Part shown: in pieces, positions 13,439-26,335 of the stretch
Numbering within the stretch: position 1 is the first letter of the stretch
Layout of the letters: every line of letters begins with the position of its first letter
Source: the human T2T-CHM13v2.0 reference genome, Homo sapiens
Reading direction: 5' to 3' (one strand)
DNA length: 64,000 bases
NCBI RefSeq assembly: GCF_009914755.1
Contig: NC_060934.1
The notes under the pieces: generated by a model
Databases searched by the model: none
Told to the model about the DNA's origin: nothing
The model's input: only the letters and a program-made list of their open reading frames with translations
Position numbers and translations under genes: made by a program

Positions 13439-13645
13439 TAGGAAGTGCTGAATTTTTAACTTCTAATATCACCCACAGTATGCAAGCCCTAGCCCAGCTC
13501 AACAGAATCTTTCTCCAGACAAGAGCTATTCTGATCTTCCCCAAAGACTATTCAAACAGGTACAATGCTGGACCCCGAAGGTGGCCAAGACTTCCTTCAG
13601 TCCTAAACTCCAGAGCTACATTTGAACTCTCGGGCCCTCATCCTA

Positions 13646-13789
<144 letters not shown>

Positions 13790-14584
13790 TCACCCTGTAG
13801 AATGGCTTTCAGAGAAATCCCAACTCCCCATGCATTTCATCTGAGAGCTCAGAACACACTCGATCCTTCAGTGACACCCGGATTCTCCTTGAGGTATCAT
13901 GGGCCGTCCCTTCCTTCCGGACATTTCTTTTTCCAAAATGCACAGATTCACTAATAGTCAGGCAGAGATGAAGATACAGGGATCTAAGAGAAAACAGTCA
14001 ACCTACCCCAAAAGTCACAGCTTTGAGACCAACATAAACACTAAAATATCGCTGCCCAGGAAGGACAGAGCTACTACTGAAGTTGAAGAGTAATGAGACC
14101 AATGACACAGAGACCCAACCCTGAGAATCCTGGAGAGGAGTGTCCAGGAGGTAAGAGCCACTTTTAAGACATTAAACCACAACCAACGTGGAGGAGAGAC
14201 CCAATCCAATGGAGCCTGGTTTCCGACTAATGAAAGCTACCTCTGATTTCTCAGGATTTTTAAGGTCATGCAAAGAGCTGTCTTTTATTTCTTCACTAAG
14301 GACAGCACACTGAGAAACAAGACAAAGGCATCTGTGCAAGGCGTGCTGCTGAACAGAAGTGCGAGAGGAATGCTGTCCTGGGGTTCAGAGCCCTGGGGGG
14401 ACGCTGGGGGAACATGGAGACCCCCTTGGTGGGGGCAGCAATCTGCCCCAGTCAAATCCTTTCCCTCGGACAAAGGAGGGGGCCCTGGGCGGAGGCTGGA
14501 GAGCCTGTTTAGGCCTCTTCCTGAGCCTTCATTTTGAGTCAGCTAGAGGGAAAGGCCCCCACACCCTCAGAAAGTGGCACTTAC

Positions 14585-14639
14585 AGGTCAAACACGAGGT
14601 AGTGAAACCCTTCTTCAGAAATACTGTCATGGAGGCGCA
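14585..14639 (-). CDS. CAMK2G: CAMK2G exon 4 (VRLHDSISEEGFHYLVFDL), 55 nt
   Basis: Acceptor TTGCAG|TGCGCC, donor CCT|GTAAGT; frame consistent. Confidence 0.97.
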
Positions 14640-15174
14640 CTGCAAGAGAGGAGATGGGGACAGAGATTAACAGAGAGAAAACTTGGAAATCCTAGGCTTC
14701 TCCTCAGCAGCCCCACCCCTGCCCCATCCTGTCGGGCTCACAGGGCTCTCCAGAAGGAGCAGTGGGGGGAAGTGGCGACGTGCCCAGTGCCCCCCAGTGC
14801 AAGGCTATGCAGCCTGGGAGCCAGAGCCTGGCGCTCTGGTTGCCACCTCAGACTCAGGCAAGAGAGAAAAGCTTCATGGCTAAGAAGTCAAGATGGAGAA
14901 AAGCCGGAACCTTCCCAGAGGGCTGGTCTCCGAGAAGGTGGTCCTGGGATATGATGCACGATGGTGAGATGCAGCGTGAGCAGCACCTAGCAATGTTGAC
15001 GGCAGGGGACAACAATGACCAGATGGGAAAGCCAGAGAGCTCTTCCAGAGCAGTAAATGGGAGCAGAACTAAGGGGTGGGGAAGAAGGTGGAAAGGCAGA
15101 GCTCAGCAGGAAGGCACGTGGTGCAGGATAATGGATGGTGAGCCTGGAAGGCCACGCACACATTCAGGCAATGA

Positions 15175-15492
15175 CAACAATAACAGCTTATTAAGTGCTT
15201 ACTATGCCAGGCCTTGTGCTAGGCTCTTGCATACATTACTGATTCTGCAAGCATTTATCAAGCACCTACTATGTGCTGGACCCCACGCTAGGCAGCGGGA
15301 TTCAGGAGGAACAGACAGAGTGCCTGCCTTTGAGGAGTTTATTATTCCTTTCGACCACCTGAGATGAATGTTATTCCCATTCTACAGATGAGGGCACCAG
15401 AGGCTCAGGGACACAAAGTCTCTTAACAAAGGCCAAAGAGCTTCTAAGTGGTGGGTCAAGATGTGAATCCAGTGCTACCTGACTCCAAAGAC
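15175..15492. mobile_element. MIR/L2 fragments
   Basis: CCCATTCTACAGATGAGG...GAGGCTCAG MIR core and GCACCTACTATGTGC L2 motif. Confidence 0.65.
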
Positions 15493-17331
15493 TGTGGTCT
15501 ACACCACTGCTTCCCTTAAGAAATGTGGGGCAGCCCCCATATTCAGGCAACAAAGCCCTGGCATCCAAAAGAAAGACCACTTACAAATGTCCCTAAAGCA
15601 GCATCGCAGACAGGTCCGGGAGGGTGCCACTGGAAGAAGACTCGGGCGATGCACCAGCTGCGAGAAAAAGCTGGCAGGCGGAATCCCTCCCTGCTCCCCG
15701 CCTCCAAAGCTCTTGGGTAAAAAACCAACCTGAAGTCTTCTGAGGTCTCCTCTTCAAGTTTCTGCCCACAAAGCCACCTCTGGGTTAAATGCCAACCCCT
15801 GAGCATCATTCTAATGCAGAAACGACTCCGCTTTGGCTGACTGTCCTGTCCCTCCCCTCACGTGAACTCTCTTGATGGGGAACTTCTGTTCCAAAGGCCT
15901 CCCTCGGTTTGACCTTTGCTCCAAGCCTTGGCAGTTACAGGTGCACCTCATGGAGCACTTCAGGAATGGCCTGACACCAAACTAACCAGTTCAGTGCTAG
16001 GAGACAAAGAAATGGCCATGTCTCTTCCTGGGTGGGCCCTGGCTGCTTCCATTTCCAGTGTCACACGTTTCCTCAGGGCTGAGGTGCTTCCCTATGTCCC
16101 CTCCCCACGAAGCAAGATCATTCAGAAAGCAAAGTATACAACCCAGCCGGCACAGTCCCGAGGCACTGAACCACCACTATAGCCCCCTTGTTCTCCTCCC
16201 TTGATGACTGAGGACTCCGAAGCCTGCCAGGGCCGGAGCCAGGGCCTCAAGACTGTTTCCGCATCCCATTACCTACACTATTTGATCTAATCTAGTGACT
16301 CAACCCCAAAAATCCCATCCCAATCTCAGTATTTCTGGGAACGGGATCAAAGGCAGGTGATACTTCCAATATCCCTCCCATTATTGGATATAATGTATAT
16401 ATCCAATATACATTCTCTCCTGGGCAAAGAAGATGCTTCCCTAGGCCTGCAGATGACAGAGGGGGCTTTTAGGACAGGAGGAAGGAGCCAGCGCCAGGCC
16501 CCTGCCTTCCTCCCATAAAAATTAGCCTGGGCACACTCCATATACACTCAATCAAGTCCTCTCGAAGTCCTGCCATTGCCTCCGCCCCACTCACTTGCGC
16601 ACCTCTGGTCTAAGTCGGTGCCTCACGCTGAGTCTTGCTGCAGCTGCTGCTCCCTCGCTTCCAAAAGGACTTTCCATTTAATTAAAAATTTGCTATTAAA
16701 AAGCATTAAAGTGTGTAATACAAATAATCCCCTGGAAATCAGCTGTCCCAGAAGCTACAGACCAGCTCCATTAGGGAGGTGACTAACAGCAGCAGCATGG
16801 GGAATTAACGGGACAGCAGCAGGTATGATGCTGACAACCATCTCAGAGAAGTGGAGCCACTCAGCTCTGCCTGGGCCTGGCACTGAGCCCTGCCTCAGCC
16901 AGAACCCCACCCCATGCCCAACACCACCCCATGCCCCACACCACCCTGCCCCCGCCCAGCACAGCAAGGCCAAGAACAGGGCAAGAAGTGCAGGCACCCA
17001 GGCCTCTGCCTAGACATGGAGTCATTGGCGTCTGCCCTTCTCCAGGAAGGCCACACACAGAGCCCAGGTGGGAGGAAGCCGGGGAAGGGAATTAGAAGAA
17101 AGGAGCAGCAAAGGAAGACTAATCCTTCTAGGCCACCCAGCAGAGAGAACAGCTTTGATGTGTGCCCCAGAGCAAGGCACCTGCCAAGACAAGGAGGGAT
17201 GGAGGAAGCTGTATCTGAATAAGACTGCTATCGACATTTTTTTAATTTGTAAAGAAATTAACAGGACACTGAAGACAAGAGGAGAAATGACTGTGCCATT
17301 CTAAGTGCCTATTTAGCAACAGCAGATTCAT

Positions 17332-17700
17332 TATTTCTTTTTTTTTTTAAGAGACAGGGTCTCACTATGTTGCCCAGGCTGGGCTGGAGATCCTGGTCTT
17401 GAGCCATCTCCTGTCTCAGCCTCCTGAGAGGCTGGGACCACAGCTGTGAGCCACCGCACCCCATCAGATTCTGATAATAACAATCTAAATCTAACAACTA
17501 ACACTTAGTTGAGCTGTCCGTGTGCCGGCATCGTTCCATGGGCTCCACGTGCATTACTGTATTGAACCCTCACACCAGCTCTGCAGGGTAGCTACTTACA
17601 TATAAATAACCCCATCTGACAGGAGAGGAAACTGAGGCTCCATAAGAAACCTGCCCAAAATCACACTAAGTGGCAGAACCGGGACTTGAAGCCAAGACAA
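17332..17700. mobile_element. Alu monomer (-, ~17332-17462) followed by MIR
   Basis: Monomer antisense sequence, then GAGGAAACTGAGGCTC MIR core. Confidence 0.7.
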
Positions 17701-18859
17701 ACCAACATCAAGATTCCTGATATTGCAGAGTTGCTTGGGAGTCACCTTCTCAAATTCTTAGGCAAAGGAGCTCCAATCTGTCCCCACTACCTGTGGCCAT
17801 TCTGACTGGCTCGACAATGTCCACTGGGCAGCTACCCCGGAGCAGGCGAGGCTGTACATGCCATGGATGTGGCTGTGAAGAAGAGGAGCCGGCCCTGCCA
17901 CCTGGAGCTGCCAGGCGAAGAGGGAAGACAGGCTTTAAACCAGCAATTACACAAATGCGTTAACTAAGCACAACTGTGTCATGCTGTGAGGCAGGAGCAG
18001 AGGGACTATGGATGCGTGGAATAAAATAATCTGACACCCAGCCCATTCCAGAGTAAAGACAGGGCATGAAGGCCAACAAGGGCCAGGCCATGTCCATAGA
18101 CAGGAAGATCTGGGGAAAGGAGTATAAAGCATTTACTGCATTTCAGCAACAAACCTAATTGCTGTTCTTTAAAAACCGTGGAAGACAGAACAGGCCAAAA
18201 CACCTACAAACCTTTACTTGATATTTCATGTCTTCAAGGACTGAGATAGCCACAACCCAAATGTTGTGGCTATTTCCAATTCTTTAAAAACCACCCAACA
18301 ATATGCCACATTTTAACTAACAAATCTTTCTCCAAAAAGCACTGAAAAAGTGTTGCTGTTAAAAATATCTGCAGCAATAACACAGTGGGAAGGAGGTCCT
18401 GTTGCCATGGGGGCTTGTGGGGGACTGAGCTGCCCCCCAAGAGCTTACTGTGGCAGGGCTCCCCCCACCCCCACCATGGGGGCAGGGATGTAGGAACTGC
18501 TCAGTCATGATTCAATGTTTCTTTTTATTTGCAACCGTTTCTTTGCTACACTTACTGTTAGCTGAATGGGTACTGGGCTCAAGGGTAAATGGTCAGGCTT
18601 GAATAACTTGTGAACTGAGTCGAGGCTGGGGGTCTTGAAGAGATCACTTCTAGGGGCTGGAATCTCCATTTTCATCATCTCCCTCCTAGCCCCCTTTCCT
18701 GGCTGAACCCTTTCATAACAACTCCACGAAGGGACCCAGATAACAAAACAGAGGCAGGCATAGAGGAGTTAAATAACTTGCCAGAGGTCACAGTTACTAA
18801 TTAGCAAATCCCAGATTCAAACCCCAAATCTGGATGCGACTCCGAAGCCGCAAAACTTG

Positions 18860-19012
18860 GCTTCTCCAAGTATTGACAGGCATGCGGACCAGTAGCATGA
18901 GCATCAGCTGGAGACTCAGGTCCTACCCCAGACCCCCTGAATCAGAATCTGAATTTTAACATGATCCCTGCGTGAGTCATAAGCACATAAAAGTTTGAGA
19001 AGTGCTGCTCTA
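18860..19012. mobile_element. MER5A-like fossil next to a MIR
   Basis: CCCCAGACCCCCTGAATCAGAATCTGAATTTTAACATGATCCC...AAAGTTTGAGAAGTGCTG. Confidence 0.7.
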
Positions 19013-19269
19013 AACCACAATGCTAGACTATGATCGAAACTGCTGGGGCAGCTCAGCACGAAGGAAGACAGAGTCTATTCATTAGAGGACTTGAGAGCAG
19101 GGAGCAGGCAGATCACAGGTAGAACGGACTTCATTCAGACCTCAGACCTCACACCAGCGTCTCCTCCTCTCAACTCCCCACCACTGGCCACACTCCCAGC
19201 GCTGTTTGGAGTTCGGCAGTGTGCCTTACACCCAAACAGGCATTTTGTTGTTTGTTTGTTTGTTTTTAA

Positions 19270-19501
19270 TTAATAAACTTTATTTTCAGAGCAGTTTTAG
19301 GTTCACACCAAAATTGAGCGGAAAGTACAGGGTGTTCCCAAATACCCGAGAACATTCCCAAATACCCCACGTCCCCCACATGCACAGTCTCCTCCACCAT
19401 CAACATCTCCCACTAGAGTGGTGGATTTGTTACCGTCTATGAACCCACATTGACTCATCATCATTACCCAAAGTCCAGAGTTTATATCAGGGTTCACTCT
19501 T
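19270..19501 (-). mobile_element. L1MC-like 3' fragment
   Basis: GAGCAGTTTTAGGTTCAC...AAAATTGAGCGGAAAGTACAG...CCCAAAGTCC...AGGGTTCACTCTT. Confidence 0.7.
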
Positions 19502-20280
19502 CCAACAGGCTTTTAACTCCTGGGACAGAATATCTAGCTATTAAGGGGAAACTGGGCATGACTGGCCCCTAGCACCAAATGCTCCATCTGAATTCAGTGC
19601 CTCCGAGTCTGACCACAGGCAGGGCTGACCACATGCTCTTTGCTCTAGCTTCCTCGACTGTGCACTGTTCTTGGGCTGGCCCGTTTGTTTCCCTTTGGGA
19701 TGGAGTTCAAGAGGCCAGAGCCAAAAGGGTCACAGTTCTGAAGGACAGCGCAGTGGAGAGAGAAGAGGAATAGTGAATTAGGGGCACAAAATTGCCTCCT
19801 CTCCTGCCACAAGCCAGGTCCAGATCCATGGCAACCACAGCCGCCTGGACCTGCAGCTCCGCCACATCTCCAACAGCCCTGGTTCCCACCGGATGCTGGA
19901 GCTCCCAGGACACAGTCTTGACTCCCCCTTCCCTCTGCCCACCCTCAACCCCAGAATCGGTCCTCGGACCAACCTCCTTAGGACCTGGGAGCAGTCATGA
20001 AATGGAAGCACAGTTCTAGGAAATCAGAGGCCAAAAGAGTGACTGTGCCCCACCTGGCCTCTGAGCAGACGGCCAGGATATATGGTCCCTCCGCCTGCCT
20101 CCATTCTGAGCCGAGGGCAGATGGTAAAAGTAAAGGGCTACCAAACAGAGTGAAGTCTATGGGGTAAAAAAGTATGTATTTAATTCTAGAAATAAATAAA
20201 AAGACACCTAGGGCTTTTTTCACCTAGAATTCTATTTTTGTCCTTCCTGCTCATTTCTCAATTGTCTTCATTATACCCTG

Positions 20281-20334
20281 ACCCGTCCGTGGCCAACCCA
20301 TCCGTGGTCAACCCGCCCATGGTCAACCCGCCCG
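20281..20334 (+). repeat. 15-bp minisatellite, ~3.6 copies (ACCCRYCCRTGGYCA)
   Basis: Units at 20281, 20296, 20311 and 20326 (partial). Confidence 0.85.
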
Positions 20335-20574
20335 CATCGCGGGTGATGTGGACATGGTTCTGCTTCCTGCATCACTGACCCCTAGCTGCTGTTCTCCTGC
20401 CTACATGAGGACAAATTATCACTGCTGTACCAGTTGGTCACAAGGAGCATAAAGGAAAGGAAGTTACCCTCCTCAGATATTGAGACCCGGGTCTGGAACA
20501 TCAAAATGCTTCTGTGCTTATGGGTGGCTTTAGTCACGCACATGTTTTTTCTTCCTGTTCTGGAACTTCTAGGT

Positions 20575-20878
20575 TAGAGGTCACAAGCTTGCAAGGCCTA
20601 CAGGGGCCCAGGTGGGTAATGCAAATGTGAGCTCATAGTGGGTGACAAGGACAGTGGCCAGCGGGCTGCAGGGGCAGCCACCGCTCCTCACAGCTCCTTC
20701 TGGCCATGCAAGGTGGGGGCTCAGCAGAGCCAAGCCTTCTGACTGGAAAGGCGGGGGAATAGATTTTTTCTTTTTTCAAAATGTGAAATCTCATTTTTAA
20801 ATATTGGCAAATAATAAAAATATTTTTAGACCACTGAGTCAGCCAAGCAAAACATGCCTAATCTGTGACTGCTGTTCT
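20575..20878 (+). mobile_element. MER102-like hAT fossil
   Basis: AGAGGTCACAA...GCCTACAGGGGCCCAGG...ATGTGAAATCTC...TTTTAAATATTGGCAA...CCAAGCAAAACA. Confidence 0.6.
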
Positions 20879-22184
20879 AGGTGTTTCCCTCTGTGGGCCC
20901 TCTCCTACCAAAGGCAACATGTCAGTCCCCACTGCGCTGTTTTCAGGTGAAGGCCTAACCTCAGAAACCACCTAGGAGCTCCAGTAGTTCTGCGGCCAGG
21001 AACCCACCAGCTGAGAGGTGCTGGCTCTGCAGAACACACTGCATCAGGCAAAGCCGATCACCACTGGCCACACCAATCTGCTTCGGGTGTAATCCAAGCT
21101 GCTGATTGCCATCTAGAAAGCCCTGCACAGCTGACGTTCTGACTACCTCAGAGCTGCTCCTCTCCCAGAGGGCTAGAGCAGGACCTCAGCCCTTCCATGA
21201 CAGAGCTCACTTTGACTGTTCTAGCCCGAGACCTGGGAAGCCAGGGGCTGGGTAGCTCTGAAGGAAGCATTAGGCTTCAGCAAGTCACCTCACAGCCCTG
21301 GCCGCCAACAGAGCAGAGCAGGCGACCTCTGGGGCACGGTGGGAGCCCTGAGATTTAGGCCATGCCTGAGGAGCACAGAACACGTGTTGTCTTTTGTGAT
21401 GACTCAGGGCTTTCAGGGAAAACCTAGGAGATGCTCCTTGCTCTGCCTCAAGTCAACACTGGGGCTTCTGCTCAGACACTGCAGCCAGCCCAGTTTCTGT
21501 CCCTTCTGCAAGGAGCACCAAATCAGGGCCAACGCTTTTGGCAAAGACCATTTCAGCTGAACAAAGTAAAACTGAGCCAGAGTGGGTTGAGGCAGGCAAA
21601 CCTCCTCAGGCTTTAGCACAACCAACAATGTGCTCTTGTCCCCCCAGTCAGGGTGGGAGCAGGGAGAAATCCTCTTTTTTCTCCTTCCCCATCTGAGTGG
21701 TTCCTGCCATCCCTTCTCCAGAGGAGCCAGGCAGGGGGGCAGCTTGCTTTCCTGGCTCTGGGGAATACAAATGGGAGCACCATGGAAACCCCCAGAGTGT
21801 GCAGGACACCGCAGCAGGAACAAAACTCTTTCAGGTCCACAAACAAAATCCTGACCCTTGCATGAGGGCTGTGGATGGCCCCTGGTGAGGGACGCTGGCA
21901 GGCTAGGAGCCCGGAACCTCACACGCTGAGGACCCTGGACCTCAGCCCAAAGACAGAAGGAGAAAGGGAAGAAATAGCATCTGAAACCTATTCTGATGCC
22001 TCACACCCCAGCCCTGAGAAGGTGCCGCAGTGATGCAGATACTCAGGTCTCTAAACTAGAATGCCCCAGAATTCTGAGACACAGTTGCTATCCTGCTCAT
22101 GTAAAAACAGACACCAGGTGAAGGTCCACAGACAGAGGTGATCCCACACACAAAAGCAGTGGATATCTGTTATCCCTGCTTCTA

Positions 22185-22343
<159 letters not shown>

Positions 22344-22656
22344 TTATTCATATTCCTTCAGTTCAGGTACTAACTATGCATTTGTGATGATTTGCTGAAG
22401 TAATGCAGCAAGTCATGGCAATCCTGGAGACAACTTGTTTTCCTTTCATTTTAGGGTCTCACTTTGTCCCTCAGGCAGGAGTGCAGTGGCATGATCGCAG
22501 CCTCAAACTCCTGGGCTCAAGCAATCCTCCCACCTCAGCCTCCTGAATAGCTGGAACTATAGGCACCAGCCACCAGGCCTGGGCCAGATAGATAGTTATG
22601 ACCACCTTTTCCAGATGAGGAAATGACTTGAGGGTTTGCACACTTCGAGCCAGTGA

Positions 22657-23094
<438 letters not shown>

Positions 23095-25454
23095 TGAGCA
23101 CCTAATATATACTCGGCACTGGCTAGGGGTTTTGCATATATTCTCTACATAGTCCTGATGGCAAGCCTGAAACATAATGATGCTGATAATAAAGAGGTTG
23201 ATGATCAAGATAATGATGACTTAAAATAATAATAGCTAACATTTATTGAGAGCTTACTTCTACACCAGGCAGCTGCCTCTTTTAATTTATCCTCATAACA
23301 ACTCTAGGAGGTTGGCATTAGTATGATGCCCATTTTATAGAAAGAGAAACCAGGACACAAATCCTGCTTCTCCCCGGAGTCCTCTTGGCCACCATGGCTG
23401 TAAGCTTTGACCTCTTCAAATTCAGACTCCAGGATTACTTGGTTTTGGTGGAATAACCAGAAATCCACAAGTCCCCAGATCCAAGTGAGCTGCGTGGGTC
23501 AATTCCTTCCACAGGAAGGCAGAGCTCCAGTACGTGGGAAGAGAGGATGCTACTCACAGCACGGAGGCCTCACAGCCCTCCCCCACTGTCCTTCCCTCTT
23601 TCTACTTGCTGAAATCCTGCCAAAAGTCACCTCCTTCATGAAGTCTTCCCTGCTCCTCTCGGTAGACTGTGACTTCTCCCTCCTACTCCACCCCCCCCCC
23701 CCCGATTTCCCAATGCACTTCTCACGATTCTCACATCATATATTACATCAGTTATCTTTCAGTTGCAAGCTCTTCGAAGGGCGGGGGTACCTTTCCAGGT
23801 AGTGCTTTCTAGAGTTCTTTCTGTAAACAGGGGCTTAATAAGGGTTTACTAATAACAGTAGTCGCCATAACAATCGCTTACTATGCACTGACTACATGTC
23901 AGGCAGAGGCATGGATTACCATATTTCATACCTACAGAAACTCTGTGAAGTAGGGATCTGATTAGCTCTATTATATTACCGAGGAAACAGGTTTAAAAAG
24001 ATAGAGTAATCTGCCTAAGGTAACACGAACAGGCAGTGATGCAGGTGGTCTGAGCCTAGAGCCCTCTTTCTCCACCCCTGTGCTATTATGGCCAGATAAA
24101 GAATGGTGAGAGTTGAGTTAAGACTCTAGGCTTTGGAGGGGGTGCAAAAGGAAGAGAGTCCAGTTCACCCTGAATTATCCAGGCCCGGGCAGGGGCCTTC
24201 ACATCCATAGCTGCCAAGCTATTCCTGTCTCCCTGCCTCTACCCTAAACAGCAAAAAGCTTCTGTAAATCTTCCCACAGCCCTCACAATGATCCCATTAG
24301 GTAAATGCTATGATTGTCCACATTTCCAGATGATGGAAGAAACGGAGGCCCAGGGAAGTTAAGTAACTTGCCCAAGATCCCACAGCAGGAAAGGGATAAA
24401 AGGGGGATTCAAACTCAGGACTGTCAGTGTGAGATAATGTAGGGATTATGGACTAGAAGAAATTCACATTTATTGTTTCACTAACCAAACCCAGCTTTGT
24501 CCTAAACTTTCCCTCTAGCAACAGCTCTACTTTGTGGAAGGAGGTGGGGACAGACAGAGATTAGTTCCTGCTGCCCAGCTAATCCGTCCCAGCTGCCCAA
24601 AGATCTGGGTCAGGCCTTCCTTCCTGTGCCTGGGTTCAGCATGACCACCGACCAGGATGCAGCCAGGAGAACCCCAAGTAACTCCCAACTCCCAGATCAC
24701 CTGGCATCCCTTGGTCCCAGGCACAGGGATGTGGCCAGTGACCTCCAGAAGCGAGGCACTCAAGGAGGCTGTAACAGCCTTGCCTGGTGGCTGGGGGGCT
24801 TGCTTCTTCCAGATCTGGCAGGATGTTGACATGACCCCACCTTCCTTCCATCCCTGGACTTGAGATGGAGGTACCAAGCCAGCCAGCCCCAAAGCTACAG
24901 ACCCACGGCCCTCTCTCTGGGCACAAACCTCACCACCCTCCAGCCCATAACTCTCAGGCTTGGTTGCCTGGGCAGGTGCAGGAGAACAGCATCTTGCAAT
25001 GCGGAGGTGGCAGCTGAGGGAAGGCCCAGAAGATTAATGTTTATCTCCTTCCTTAAGTCTCTTACTAGCTAATGGTTACAGTCCCACAACAGCAACAGCA
25101 CTAAAAATAAGGGCACTCTGCTTTACCAGTGACTTTGAGTGGAGAGAAGATACACAGACTCAGGCTCCCAGCTCCTCAAAGGAGCTGCCCAGCATCCAGA
25201 GGGTCCTTGTTAGCCTCTTAGTTCAGCCTTAACTCCAAGGAGCTGAGCCCTGTGTTCCCGGCAAGGCCCAGGTCTTCTCTGAACCCCAGGACTATACCTT
25301 GATCCTCATTCTGATTCTAAGCTGTGGAGTATGGCAATTAACAACACATCGGTTTTGAAGTCAGACAGCCCTGGATTGAGCCCAACACTGCCACATCCAG
25401 CAAGCTATTAAACCCACCCGAGCTTCATTCATTCCTTCAAGAAATATTTATCGT

Positions 25455-25698
25455 GGCTGGGCGCGGTGGGTCACGCCTGTAATCCCAGTCCAGTACTTTG
25501 GGAGGCCAAGGTGGGTGGATCACTTGAGGTCAGGAGTTCAAGACCAGCCTGGCCAACATGGCAAAACCCCATCTCTACTAAAAATACAAAATTTAGCCAA
25601 ATGTGCTCACTAGAACCCAGGAGGTGGAGGCTGCAGTGAGCCAAGATTGGGCCACTACACTCCAGCTTGGGGTGACAGAGCAAGTCAAAAAAAAAAAA
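25455..25698 (+). mobile_element. Internally deleted Alu inserted in an L2 3' fragment (L2 extends to ~26000)
   Basis: TSD AAGAAATATTTA; flanking L2 motif CCCTGCCCTCATGGAGCTGACA. Confidence 0.85.
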
Positions 25699-25959
25699 GA
25701 AATATTTACTGAGGCCTACTATGTGACAGACAGTATTCAAGATGCTAGGAAGACAGTGGCGAACAAAACAGACAAAAATCCCTGCCCTCATGGAGCTGAC
25801 ACTCTAGTGGGTTGTGTATGGGGGAGGGATGGACAGTAAGAAAACTCAACAGCACGTTAGATGTCACGGCAAGTGCTGCGTAGAAAAAGCAGAGAAAGTG
25901 GGGAGTGCAGATTTGAGTAGGGCAGTCCAAGAAAGCCTCAGTAAGGAGGTGACATTTGA

Positions 25960-26335
<376 letters not shown>

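Noticed and set aside
14762-15367. 201-aa plus-strand ORF
   Set aside because: Runs into MIR/L2 sequence; no domain.
19735-19752. REST/RE1 right half-site GGACAGCGC
   Set aside because: The left half (TCAGCACC) is absent.
20281-20334. Short periodic repeat considered as CRISPR-like
   Set aside because: Head-to-tail units with no spacers, in eukaryotic intron context; it is a minisatellite.
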